DNA of 64,000 bases from Orbicella franksi (Eukaryota), in contig OZ116698.1 of NCBI GenBank assembly GCA_964199315.1, positions 19,778,001 through 19,842,000 of the forward strand. Direction: 5' to 3'. Shown here piece by piece: positions 16,304-28,300 of this stretch. Under the pieces are notes generated by a model. The model had not been told where the DNA came from and made no database searches. It was given only the letters and a program-made list of their open reading frames with translations. The number at the start of each line of letters is the position of its first letter. The first letter of the stretch is position 1. The position numbers and the translations under genes are program-made.

Positions 16304-17848
16304 TTACACTCTAAACAAGACATATTTTTCCTTCCCCTTTGCTGTTGAGCACATGCATGTGATGAACAAGTAACCTGTCATCTCCTCATAAAAAATACAC
16401 TTGATTTTATGAGCTATGTCATCCTTCTTGAAAACTTTTGAACCAATGCTTTTCATGCTTGGTACATCTAGTGAACATATAGTATCTTCTGAAGCAGTAC
16501 AAAGACTTCTGCCAATAATCAGGGACACTTCTGCCGACTCTTTAGCAACAGTGACTTCTTTCAAATTCCCCAAGTTGACAACGGAGATTTTCTGATCACA
16601 CAAGATGAGCAAATAGCTGCTCAGAGTGTACAGTTTGTTAACATTTCCAGGGGATTTCACATCATGCAAGCAAGTCCATTTTTTCAGATCCCAATATTTG
16701 ATCATTCCAGTGACTTCACAGGAGAACAGGTGTCTGTTGGAAACAGCCAAGGCCGATATGGGTGTACTATGTCCCTCAAGGGTGTGTTGCAACTGATATG
16801 TGACCCTGTCCCAAACCTTGATGGTGTTATCTGTAGCACCGGAGAAAATGTGTGAGTCATTAACTACTAATGACCTCACTGATCCCTCATGCCCAGTCAG
16901 GATATGAATGCATTTGCAGGATTTTGCATCCCAAATGAGAATTCTCTTGTCAAATGACCCTGAAACCACATGCCACCCAGCTGAGGCTAAACATAAGACG
17001 ACCCCAGCATGACCAATTAGATCAGTCGCTGCTCCTGTTTCAGGATCCAATGCTTTGATTGCATTACTAAGAAGAGGATCATTTTGTTCAGATCCAGCTT
17101 GGGTCTTAGCAAGAAATATCTTGTTCTCCACGACCACCATACAAATGGGAATGCCAAAGTCCTCTGGCAATGTAGTGCGCTCAATGCGCCTTCGTAACAG
17201 GATAAAATCCGTCATGGGGTTTAGCAATCTTCCTTCCATAGGAATATGCGAGCAGTCACTTTCTAAATATTTACTGCTGCTGCCTTGATCTGCGACAAAG
17301 TGCCATACACAGCGGTTGATTTCCGACACCTTGCCCAGCATGTCTTGTCGGGTAGCATTACCTCCCCAGCGCCACTTCGCGCCCATTTTATGCCCTATCT
17401 GGGCACCGGCAGCGTTTATCACCATCGGAAGGGAATTCAGTCGGGATAAGTACGTCATGCATAGAGATACAGCAACCTCTGGCTTGTCCACAAACTCGTG
17501 AATGGCCGATGCGATCATAATCTTGGTCGCTAGCACTTTATCCTGCAATTCTTTTACCACACCAAGTGCAACTTGGGCCGCATCTCTTGCCTTGTTGAAT
17601 TCTTTCCTCGCTTCTTCTGGATCTTCGTTTAAGATTTCGTAGGCATTCTCCATGAAAGCCGTCGCAGCAACCAGTTCTTTCCGCCTCAAAACGTCTAGCT
17701 CCTCGTGAAGTTTGCGGAACTCGCTTAGGAGAAGTTGCCTTAACTTTTCATCTGTGGGGCTGCCAGTTTCCAAACGTGCGATCGCTCGATTTGCAATCAG
17801 TCCCCAAACTAATTTCAAAGATATTCGAACTAAAGCTATCTCGGCCAT
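16304..17848 (-). CDS. Intronless 514-aa protein: uncharacterised helical N-terminal domain plus WD40 repeats
   Basis: Single long ORF. Clear WD40 repeats GHAGVVLCL...VSGSFDKRILIWD, GHEGSVRSL...FSGATDNTIKVWD, GHSTPISAL...GMIKYWD. The first ~160 aa are Ala/Leu/Glu-rich and look all-alpha. Confidence 0.85.
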   Translation of the reverse strand: MAEIALVRISLKLVWGLIANRAIARLETGSPTDEKLRQLLLSEFRKLHEELDVLRRKELVAATAFMENAYEILNEDPEEARKEFNKARDAAQVALGVVKELQDKVLATKIMIASAIHEFVDKPEVAVSLCMTYLSRLNSLPMVINAAGAQIGHKMGAKWRWGGNATRQDMLGKVSEINRCVWHFVADQGSSSKYLESDCSHIPMEGRLLNPMTDFILLRRRIERTTLPEDFGIPICMVVVENKIFLAKTQAGSEQNDPLLSNAIKALDPETGAATDLIGHAGVVLCLASAGWHVVSGSFDKRILIWDAKSCKCIHILTGHEGSVRSLVVNDSHIFSGATDNTIKVWDRVTYQLQHTLEGHSTPISALAVSNRHLFSCEVTGMIKYWDLKKWTCLHDVKSPGNVNKLYTLSSYLLILCDQKISVVNLGNLKEVTVAKESAEVSLIIGRSLCTASEDTICSLDVPSMKSIGSKVFKKDDIAHKIKCIFYEEMTGYLFITCMCSTAKGKEKYVLFRV

Positions 17849-18317
17849 TTCGGGGTTAATACTCGGGCACTGATCAACGACGAAGAGAGAAGAATCTGCT
17901 TTTTATTTCGCAATCTGTATCCTGGGTGGTCCCGAGTTCTTGCCAACGTGTAAAATTTGACAAGGCATCCTCTCACGTTCCATGTCGGGATCTACAGATT
18001 GTAGAAACGACATTAAAACACGACAACACAATTTAACGGGAGAGGGGTAAGAAAAGTAGAAACCACGAAAACGTTTTGATTGAGAACGATGTAACGTCAA
18101 GAAATACTATTTGGTACTCTTACACGTATCATATAATACGTATCCTCTTTTATTGATAATCGCAGAAAAGGTTCTCAATGTCTGCGTATAGACGAATTGT
18201 TCTACTGAGTCACCCCACCTAGTCAGGCACGAACTCTTCCAACACTGAGATAGACTGGGTACGAGTAAGTCTTGGGGAATCGTTGTAAGATAAGAATCGT
18301 TGTTAAATTCTCACGCT
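17849..18317. promoter_or_regulatory. Probable bidirectional promoter (469 bp) between the WD40 gene and RNF26
   Basis: Divergent ATGs at 17848 (-) and 18318 (+). Confidence 0.55.
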
Positions 18318-19802
18318 ATGGCAAAGTTCTACTTGTTGCCGGCCCTTTTTCTTATGCTGTGTTACAGTGTAGTAACTGCTGGATACGAAGGGAGGCAGAT
18401 TGATCGCGAATGCAAGCCCTTCCCGTACTCGTTCTTTGAGTCGGCCTCAGTTGTGATGGATTTCGTTCGCTGGATCGCGTGGTTCTTCAGAAATTTACTC
18501 AGCGCGACTTACTTTCTGCTCAATACTGTAGTCATCACTGCCTGTGAAATCATTTCTAGCATCTTCAGCATTTTTAGACATGCCATCAAGCTGGTGGAAT
18601 ATCTAGGCTACTGCGTGCGAGCAATCTTGCAAGTGAACTACAACTTCGTGTCGTCTGTGTTCGTGTGGCTTGCCAAACTTGCTGGGTTCCTGACCGACAC
18701 AATTCGATACATCGCCGAGGGGATAATCAGCGTGATATCTTCTACATTTCGACTTATTCTGCGCCTTATTCGTAGCATTGTATCTTCAATTCCTGCTGGA
18801 TTTTACCGCGCTTTCTATGGAGCATCCTCCGCCAAAAACACCACTGGAATACTTCTGCACCAGTCATATCTGGGATGGAAATACATCTTAAAAACTCCCA
18901 GTTCAGCACTCATGACTCTCGTAACGAGCATTAGAGCTGTCATGGAGTGTATTTTAGTGTCAATGTGGAACGCTGGCGTGTTGTTGGTAGAACTGTTGTG
19001 CGCAGTCGCCCAGTCGACTTTTCGAGGAATTGAATTTGTAGGGAAATCTGTGCACACTTGTACTGTTTCAGCCTGGCATCAGATTATAACATTTTTGAAT
19101 ATGCTACTACATGGACTGCGATCATTAGTGATTGCAATAGGAAAGTTCTTTCTGTTTGTAGGTCGCACATTTCTGTGGCTGATTACTTTCATTTTCCGTT
19201 CCCTTGCACAAGGTGTTTCTACCTTTTTCTCAATGACTGGATGGTTGTTTGCACAGGCATTTAATTGTGTGTACAGAGGTTTGATCGAAGTTGGTAGATG
19301 GCTCCTCAGTTGCCTTATCATGCTTCAGAATGTAATAACTGCTATTGCATACTGCTTGCCTGGCGGCAGATGGACTCTCTTGAGCCTTGTTTCGAGCACC
19401 TTTTTGATTGCATATGCATGGTCTGCATTGAGAGTAAATGTGTTCACTATCGCCTATGGACTGCTGGAAAGGTATATACAGGGTGTTTTAGCATATCTTG
19501 CAACTCTCCAGACTCCAAGCATGCCAAGATTTAAGAAAACGTTCCCTACTCCTGAAGAATCGCGCGAGATGCCCTTGGATGAAAAAGATAGAGACTTGAG
19601 AGAAGAGTTAGAAAGAGAACGTGACAAGAATTTATGTGTTGTCTGTCAAACAGAGAATAAGAATATTGTTGTAATGCCATGTCGTCACATGTGTATGTGC
19701 AAGAATTGTTGCACTCGGTTGTTTCGAATTCATAGATACCACAGACGGACATGTCCATTGTGTCGTCACATAATAACTTCAACCATGGAAATTTATTCAT
19801 AA
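18318..19802 (+). CDS. RNF26: RING finger protein 26-like E3 ubiquitin ligase, 494 aa, intronless
   Basis: Long hydrophobic multi-TM region followed by a C-terminal RING, CVVCQTENKNIVVMPCRHMCMCKNCC...RTCPLCR...TMEIYS, in the RNF26 pattern. First ATG at 18318. Confidence 0.85.
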   Translation: MAKFYLLPALFLMLCYSVVTAGYEGRQIDRECKPFPYSFFESASVVMDFVRWIAWFFRNLLSATYFLLNTVVITACEIISSIFSIFRHAIKLVEYLGYCVRAILQVNYNFVSSVFVWLAKLAGFLTDTIRYIAEGIISVISSTFRLILRLIRSIVSSIPAGFYRAFYGASSAKNTTGILLHQSYLGWKYILKTPSSALMTLVTSIRAVMECILVSMWNAGVLLVELLCAVAQSTFRGIEFVGKSVHTCTVSAWHQIITFLNMLLHGLRSLVIAIGKFFLFVGRTFLWLITFIFRSLAQGVSTFFSMTGWLFAQAFNCVYRGLIEVGRWLLSCLIMLQNVITAIAYCLPGGRWTLLSLVSSTFLIAYAWSALRVNVFTIAYGLLERYIQGVLAYLATLQTPSMPRFKKTFPTPEESREMPLDEKDRDLREELERERDKNLCVVCQTENKNIVVMPCRHMCMCKNCCTRLFRIHRYHRRTCPLCRHIITSTMEIYS

Positions 19803-19926
19803 ATTTATTCATGTATGTATGTAATTTATTCATGTATGTATGTGTGTATGTGGTATGTGACTTGCTGTACCATTAGAGGCAATACTTGAATCAAGTTATA
19901 ATTAGGTCCAGTTTAAAATCTTAGTA

Positions 19927-20111
19927 AAGGCTGGTTTTCACTGGTGCGTAAGAATAAGCACAAGCAACATACGCAGACACAGTAGTTTGCAGCTAAGTAG
20001 TGCCTTTTGTTAGAAGATTCTCGTAACAAAAAGACACTAATTATCAGCATCTTACTGTGTCTGTATATGTCGACTTTTGCTTATGCTTATGCACTAGTGA
20101 AAACCAGCCTT
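19927..20111. mobile_element. MITE downstream of RNF26
   Basis: 16-bp TIR AAGGCTGGTTTTCACT / AGTGAAAACCAGCCTT. Confidence 0.7.
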
Positions 20112-20639
20112 CACGAAGGACACTATTAGGCAGGAATAACATGTTATTAGAACCAGTAATGTGCCCCACAGTGTTCAGTTAGCAAGAATTGGTTCTTTGA
20201 TAGGATCACCGCAATTTTGGAATAATATTCACTATTGACTTTGCACTTGTTCCCTTTGACTGGGTAAATTGAACTACTTTCAGAAATGGAAAGGGCTCAG
20301 GTCAATACTAGCCAGACTAAAACAACTTACGGTTCTACTACATTCCATGTTCAAAACAGATTTTTAATCTGCCAAAATTCATGTCTTTTTTTCAACTTGT
20401 GCAATTATTATGCATAAGGTTGTATGCACAGTCTGCCAATGTTATCATCAGCATGTGTGTTCATACAACTTTAGGAAGGCACCATTAAATGTTATTTTCA
20501 GAATCTTCATGACAATTGACAATTGAACTCTAACCTAGCAGTCAGTTGTCAATGATTTGTTAATTTGTTAGTATTTTAATTTTACTGACAACACTTAAAA
20601 AGTGTTTGTGTTGACTGTTTTGAGTGTCCCTTGTTGGTT

Positions 20640-21600
20640 AAAGAGAATTTTGCTAGAGTGAAATTTCATTCTCAGAGCCAGCTGTCCCTCTTAGCCAGCA
20701 CAGCCTTGGCATCAGGAAAAGGTAGCTCTGAGAGACTCATGATTTGATTGGCCAGAACCTTGGACTAACATTTTCAATACTTCAATGCTGGTTTCCTTCA
20801 TGAAAATATCCAGTGGCTGGTCTCTTCCTGCAACTGTTTCATTACAGACCTTCAAGAAGTTTAAAACTAACGAACAGAGACAATTTTTTGTAAGGTGCTC
20901 TTTTACAAAACATATCAATGCCAGTTCCAGCCTGAATTTCACTTCTGTTTTCATTCCCTTTGTTCCAAAGTGGTAAAGCTTTCCGAGCTCTAATCCAAGT
21001 TAGTAGAATTCTATTAGTATACTAATGCTGTAAATAAATGCTGTAATCTGATTGGCTGAGCCATTGAACAATATCAGCCATTAGTGTGCAGTTGCTGGAG
21101 GTTGTCTAGGAAATGACAACGTTTTTCCAAAGTTTTGGAGGAAAATTTTGACGCAAATGAAACAACATTTATGATTTCTTGACTTTTAAAAAAGTTGAAA
21201 TTATTGACAAAACTGATGCACATGCACACAACTTCAATTTTAAATGACAATTCAATCCAAGCAATCTTTTTCAGGCTCAAAGTTTAATAATTTGTCAAGA
21301 AATAATTGGAAACCATTATTTGAAGTAAATTTTAGTAAGAATTCTATTAAAACAATTAGATTATTCACTCTCGATTTCTCTGAGGTGATAGCTGATTCAG
21401 CCTTTGGCCTCATCAACTATCACCTCATAGAAATCTCGAGCTCATAATCTAACTGTTAATTAGAGTTGGATATTTCTGGGAATGAAACCAGCATTAATCC
21501 AAGAATCTAGCCAAGCAAGTGATGTGTCTCTAGAGCCAGCTTTTCCTCCTTTCAAGGCCTAGTCGGCCAATTGGGACAGGTTACTCTGGAGACAAGATTA
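20640..21600 (-). pseudogene. Possible decayed fragment of a USP9X/USP24-like deubiquitinase N-terminal region
   Basis: Stop- and frameshift-interrupted frames give LIEFLLKFTSNNGFQLFLDKLLN (recalled USP9X [23 protein letters not shown]), then HFLDNL (QFLENL) and VKFRLELAL (EIFRLKMIL), in collinear order. Confidence 0.35.
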
Positions 21601-24600
21601 GACTGTCTGGGACCCACAGCAGATATTCATTTTATAGAGGTGTCTGTGTGACAGACTAACCCATGTTATTGTCTTTTTGACTGTTGAGAATGAGTTGTTG
21701 ACTGATTTTACTCTCTTCTCCTTTTGGTCACATTGTTTTCAAGAATTCCAATAATTATTGATTTAGTCCATTAATAGGTTTTGAATCTAAAAATTGTGGT
21801 CAGCCCAATTTATTAGTTGCTTACCTCAGTAGTTATTCCGTTTGATTATGAAGTAAATGTTAATATACTTACACTTAGAATTTTAACAGTCAATGAATTG
21901 GCAACAAAATAAAAGAAATTGCTAATGAAGCATTGCCCAGTGCAAAAATAAGTTAGCAGTGATGCTCTGATTAAAAGGCTCGTTTTAAAGGTGGTGAACG
22001 AGCTAGATAGAAATGATTAGGGCTGCACAGGATTATGGGAAAGTTAAAGGTGATCTCGTTCAACCCTGTCCATAACGCGATCAGAGATGAGTTCACTTTA
22101 CATAATCGGTTGGGTTCGTTCTTATCTCAAGGCGTCCGCATGTGAAAAAATAAAGGCCTGATTATTATTTGAGAGATATTTAGACTGCATTGAAGTAAGT
22201 TTGCTCAAAACGAAATTAAAGCAATACGCATGAATCGCTTGGCCCCACGTCGTATTAGGACATCTAGCTCCTGTCAAATTTCGACAAGTGGTTTGCAGAG
22301 TTCTAAGTAAACCAAAATCGATTCTTAAGCCAAAGAATAGTTCTAATTTTAAGATTAGTTTAATATAAGTGAATCAGTCCATGGATTTGGTCCGCTTAGG
22401 AAAGGTGTGTGCCTATGTGTGAAAGTAAAAACATTAACATTCTTAAAAGGTTTGTATAACAAGGTGTGACTTGTCCAAGACCCAGTAGGGATTGTGTAAA
22501 AGTGATGGAAGAATTTTAAGAAAATGCTCATCACTAAACCGTACCAGCAGATTTCGTGCCTTTTCTGGGTTCTAGCTTAAGTTTAATTTAGACTTATATA
22601 CTGTACAATACTGACGTGAGATACTACGCGCGCGTTCATTGGTCGATACAGGTGTGTTTAGATGAGAGTATTTAAGCATGGTTGTGACGTTTTAGATTCG
22701 CGTGTATTTTTGAGAAATATTTTATAAAAACAAGAGTACTTTTTACGTGTTTACATAGCCTCATCTAAACATTCGGGGGACTGGGAGAATTCTCGAAAGT
22801 TATGCAAACCCGAAAAGAGTCTCGGGCTTGCATAACTGTCTCGAATTCTCCCAACCCTCCTCGTGTTTAGATGAAGCCATGTAAACATGGAAAAAGTACT
22901 CTATTGCTTAAACTTGAAAGCGTACCCTAAAAGTTACCTGTGACTGTTGCAATGTAACAATCTCCAGTGGATCACCGCAAGCACTGCCAAAACACAATTA
23001 ATCACCTCTTATGAAAGACACGACGAGCCGGAATCCCCTCGCTGGGATTTAAACGGTCGTTAAGGGTAACATGAAATTCGTCGTTCGGAACAAGATATTT
23101 GTTTGTTTTCTTATTTTTTGTCTTTTGTGTTTTTTTTTTATGAAAAATATGCTGACGAGTATAATAAGACTTTCTTTCCTTTGTCTTCTCTTCACTGTTT
23201 AAATATATTTTAGGTAAAAATATATTAAATGCTTAACATGAAACCTTAGTTGTGAGGAAAGTGAAAATGAGACCTTTTTCAGATGAAATGTTCTATGCAT
23301 TCTACAGACCAATGGAGGTTGGTGAAAGAAACTGAAGAAGTTTGAGAAACAATACCTGATCAAAAACATCTCAGTGTACTTGGCAAGTACTGCCATAACA
23401 CCAAGGTTTAAAGGAAAGGGTAATGTAAAGTACACTACATGGAACAATTACAAAAATAAGAATAGAATTCAGGAAAAGTGCGTGTATGCTAGATCATGTT
23501 CAGGGCTGACTGAGACCCTAGTAAGGTGTCTTTACATGTATACTGCATATACAAGTGTTGCAGTCTTTTCTCCACTCTTTTGAGTCTTTTCTCCACACAT
23601 GACGTTCTTATTATTATTCTCCTATCTGATGCAGCTGCAAGATAGTGGAAGTTACAAGTCGCTGATTGGCAATATTTTTCGTCCTTTGACAAGGCTTCCT
23701 GGGAATCTCAATTAACACCAGAGGCCAAGTTTAATTTGTGGCTGGGCTGTATTGACATACTCTTTTGGTTGGCGCTAGACGTTCTGAATTTTGAGGCGAT
23801 GTTATCATTTTCAGTTTCCAATTTTAAAAATGTGATGCGCTCACTTTGTACATGAACACACCCACATCACTATTATATGATCATAATGTTGATTCACCTG
23901 CACGTTACAGTGTGAACAAAATGTTCATATTCTTGATTAATACTGTTTTTCACAACAAATTTAGTTAAAAAAAAAAATAGCAAGAGTTTTTACCCACATT
24001 TCAGACTTGGGTTTGCTATTAATATGTTCGTAAGGTTTAGGGCAATCCCATCCTCAACGTTCACATAAAAAGGTTATTATACAAAAAAACGAATTATGGT
24101 CACCTAACAACGCCCAGTACAATTTGTAATGTAAACAAATTATACAAAAGAAATACAGACACTGTCAAATGTTCTGCGTGTCTAACTGCAGTGTAAATAT
24201 AATAAAAAAAAATGTAACATTTGTTCCTCAGGTGCGCTATCGGTTCGGAGAGAGCTCTTCCAACCTACTGAACGGTGCTTTAATTTGCTGCTCGCATTTG
24301 AAGGTAAGTGGGTGCTAGCAACTTGGTAGGGATGGTCTCGATTTCGCTATGAAAACCGGAGTTTTTCCACGGAGAAATGGTGCATGCTGCGCCATTTCTC
24401 CGTGGATCAGTATGGGTTCTGATCAGTATGGGTTCTGATTGTGAATTAAACAAAGTGAGCATTTAGTTTGTATTTCCTCGCTAGAAAAGAAAAGCCAAGC
24501 ACAAGTCCACTTTCGTCGACGTGGTCAGTTAATGTTAACCAAACTGTGATGAAAGCCTCAAAATGAAGTGAGAAGACTACCCTCGGGTAAGGTGTGCGTA

Positions 24601-25309
24601 CAAAGAGGCAGCCGCAGGGCGCCTTGAGCGTGAAAGCAAAAAAACAAAAATTATCACGCCCACCTACGCTAAATACGAAAGAAATAGGCAAATCATACGG
24701 AAGCCGACCACACGCTTGAGTCAATATTGAACAAAATCGCTCACGCAAATAAAAAGACATCGAACGCCAATAAGTAACCCATCACACACGCGCGCAATAT
24801 AGATCAAAGAAACAAGCCATACTCGCGTATACCCAAAAAATCAGGCGCTATTACTTCTATAGGAAATTAAAGACCCCCGCGCGCAGCAATTCCTAGTAAA
24901 GAAGCCAACCACATACGCCTATGCCCAAGCTTAACAAAGAAACAACCCATTTGCGAGCAAGCCAACGTGGAACACAATATCGCGCGCGCGCCTGTGTAGA
25001 GAAACGTAACAAGCGCGCACCAGTAAGGAACTGAGAAACAAACTACGCGCGCAGGCCAATATAGAACAAGAAATGCAATGACACTGATGCCAATGAAAAT
25101 TAATGAGTTTAAGGTCTGTTAGAATGAATAAACTTCAAGGAAGTGTCACAATAAGTTATCTTTTTGAGTGGTAGTAACTCAAAGGAGGAAGAGAGGACGG
25201 GAGAGAAAAGGGTTGGCTCAGTTTCATTAAAATATGATGTCACATGTTAGTAAATTCATAAATTCATTAATATATCATGAACAGGTTCAAGTCAAGATAA
25301 GATTTTATC

Positions 25310-28300
25310 ATGGAGACATCATTCAAGTCGCTAACGGGGATTATGATGCTTTTGATGGTGAGTACCGAGTTATGTGTCAGTAGCAGAGCTTATTCAAAAT
25401 ATTGAGTCGGGAAACAGGAAACTCGCTTGAAAAAGGACAACAGATGATGCCTTCTATTTACCCATGTATCCTAAGATCATTATAGAGTTACCTCAAATAA
25501 GGCAGATACCTTTACCAGCTGTCAATCAAATTAAATGTGATCGAACGTACTGAGAAAAAAATAAAGAAAGGGTTGTCAAAAATCAATATCGAATTAAACT
25601 TTCAAATCGAGCCAAAGTTTCTTTTTATAATGTTCTAATGCGTGCTTTTTTTTTAACAAATATAAATGTAAGAGGATCCTGCTGAGTCAAACTTTTCAGA
25701 ATATCCTTTTCGCATGTACAGTTTCTATGTTAATAACACGGTAAGATTGTTTAAAACCAAGCTTTCCTTCTATTTACAGATCGTTACTTAACAAGCAAAA
25801 AGAATCCGTTTTATAGACGATATAATTCCCCCAGTTTCAAAGTCAAGATCAAGATTATGTTCTGTTTTTGATTCTTTTCGATCCCGGCCGAACTCAGCCA
25901 AACTCCGAATCTAAATGAGTTGTAAAAAGTACTGATATCAGATCGAATCACATAAACGTCACCAGGGTGCATACAGACTTCAAAATTCCCCTCACAAGAT
26001 ACCCTCTCTCCCGCCATTTCTGTAAAGGTTTCTTCATACATCAATTCGCTTGAACCAGCGTGTTTTTGCATTATGTTGCGTTCAATTAATTTCTTTCTTA
26101 TCCGCTCTCAGAGCTTCAGGAATTATCAAGTTTCTGGTCACTCAAATGAAGGTATGGTTCGCCAATTAGATTCCCGCTAGAGAACAAAAAAAAGACATTC
26201 ATGTTAAACTGTTAAGGCGTTAAAGCTTAAACTCTGGTTTACTCTATCAAAATAAGGTCATATTCATGTATATTGATCTACTTATTAACACGTTTAAACT
26301 GATACCTTGGGAAAACGTATAGGTAGAGCTTACATCTAAAAGCTCTACGATACGTTTTCATCCGTTGATATACCAGCAAATGGATTGTGATTCTTTCAGA
26401 GAGCGAGGTACACGGCCATTGGTTGCTAAATGGATCTGATCCAGATGTAAGGTCAGTAAAGAATGACACTTTCTCATTTGATTTCTCAACCTTTCTCAGG
26501 TTCATGTAGAAAACGGTTCTGAAGTTGAACCTGAACTCCATAATCAAACTGAAGTGGTAGTTTTCTTCTTCGCAGGTATTTTGGTCCTGTCACGTTTACA
26601 CAGGGCCGATTTCGAGGCAGTAAGGTGCCGTACTTTAATACTACGGATTCCTACGCAACAGTACCTAACATGAACATTTCAGACTGCGATTTCACTATTG
26701 CGTGTTGGATAAGAGTACGTCCTAGTGGCCGTGGTGTCGCATTCGTCACTTCCATCATCTTCTGGTCAATCAGCGTCAGAGGAAACCCGCTTTCCTTAAC
26801 ATTGTCAAAGTATGTTGAACACGGTGGAATCTCTTTCGTTTTGAAGCAAATGTTCCGTCCTCTGAACTATACAAGTGCTATTTCCACTACGCGGAAAATT
26901 CCCTTTGATGAGTGGACGCATATAGCTGCAACCTGTCAGGAAAATAGGATCCAAATGTACGTGAACGGTGACCAACAAAGATCATACGTAAGGAACATAC
27001 CTTTCCCAATAACCGATGACTTTTCAACTGATATGTCTTCTGAAGAGTTGAAGTCGTATTATATTGGAAAAGATCCTCGGAAAGAATTCTTCAGCAGTAG
27101 GAAGTTCTATGGGTCAGTTATGGATCTCCATGTCATTGGAGTTACTTTGTCTTCTGCTGAAATCTCCTACTTATACTGTGGTAAGATTGCTTGACTTCTT
27201 TATGTTTAAAACAAATTCTATCTGACTGCAACAACATGCGTAGCCAAGCTCCTGGCGTCTGCTGATTGTATCCGGGGGGTACTCCCTATAATAGTCTATA
27301 CAGGGAAGCTCCGGCCGTAAGGGGTACCTTCTCCAGGTTTCACTGAGGTATATAAAACGGAAGTGATTTCACAAGTTGAGATATATGAAGGGGTATAGGG
27401 AAGTTCGTCTTTTAGTTATTTTAAAGGGCCTTTGACTAAAATTTTTCGAACAGACGCACCTCATGGTGTATCATATAATTTATTAAGCACTGCATAAAAG
27501 TGACAAGAAGACTTCCTTTTTTGCTATTTATTCATAATACGGACCAGTTATGAAAGTATGTGAAGGGGTACCTTTTTTCAATTAAAGGTATACGAAAGGG
27601 TTATCTTTTCTGTCAAAATGGTATACAAAAGTGGTAGGACCTCGGGGTGGAGGCTTCCTATATAGAACTTTATAGAGTACCCCCCACGGGGGGAATTGTA
27701 TGTCCTTACCTTGAATTTGGCCGGATACGAGTACTTCGTTTTGATTTATTCAGTAGCTCTTTCAACGATTTTTCCACCGTACAGATATCCCGCGGATCAT
27801 AAACCATACAGACGAAGTAAGTGGAAGCACTGTTCGGATCACGTGGGAGCAGCCATCTTGCTCGGTTGTAAATTCGAAGAACGTTATTTTTTACAGAGAA
27901 GTGACCAGGACAAGTAGGGGAAAGTGGAATACAGTCAATGTGTCGCAGGATGCAACTCACTACAATGTTCAGTTAGAATGCTTCAAGGAATACCAGTTAG
28001 CAGTTTCCACTTGGTACGCTAATGCACGGCTTCCCAGTAAACTATGGAAGGTCAAGACCGGAATAGGTATAAATTTTAATCAATATGCTTCTAATTTTAA
28101 GCTTAACAGCTTACAAGACCATGCATAAGCTAATGTCGTTATGCTTAAACATGTCAGTAATGATTATATCGATCAAGTCCCTTTATTTTCTTTTGTATCG
28201 GTCTAATGATTACTTTAATAATCTTGAGACTAGACTTGATTCTGGGACAAACGTGTGCACGGAAAATATAGAAGTAATAAAGCAAATGAATGCAAACATT

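Noticed and set aside
24760-25080. Regularly spaced short motifs as a possible CRISPR-like array
   Set aside because: Eukaryotic context, degenerate repeats, no constant-length repeat/spacer structure and no cas genes.
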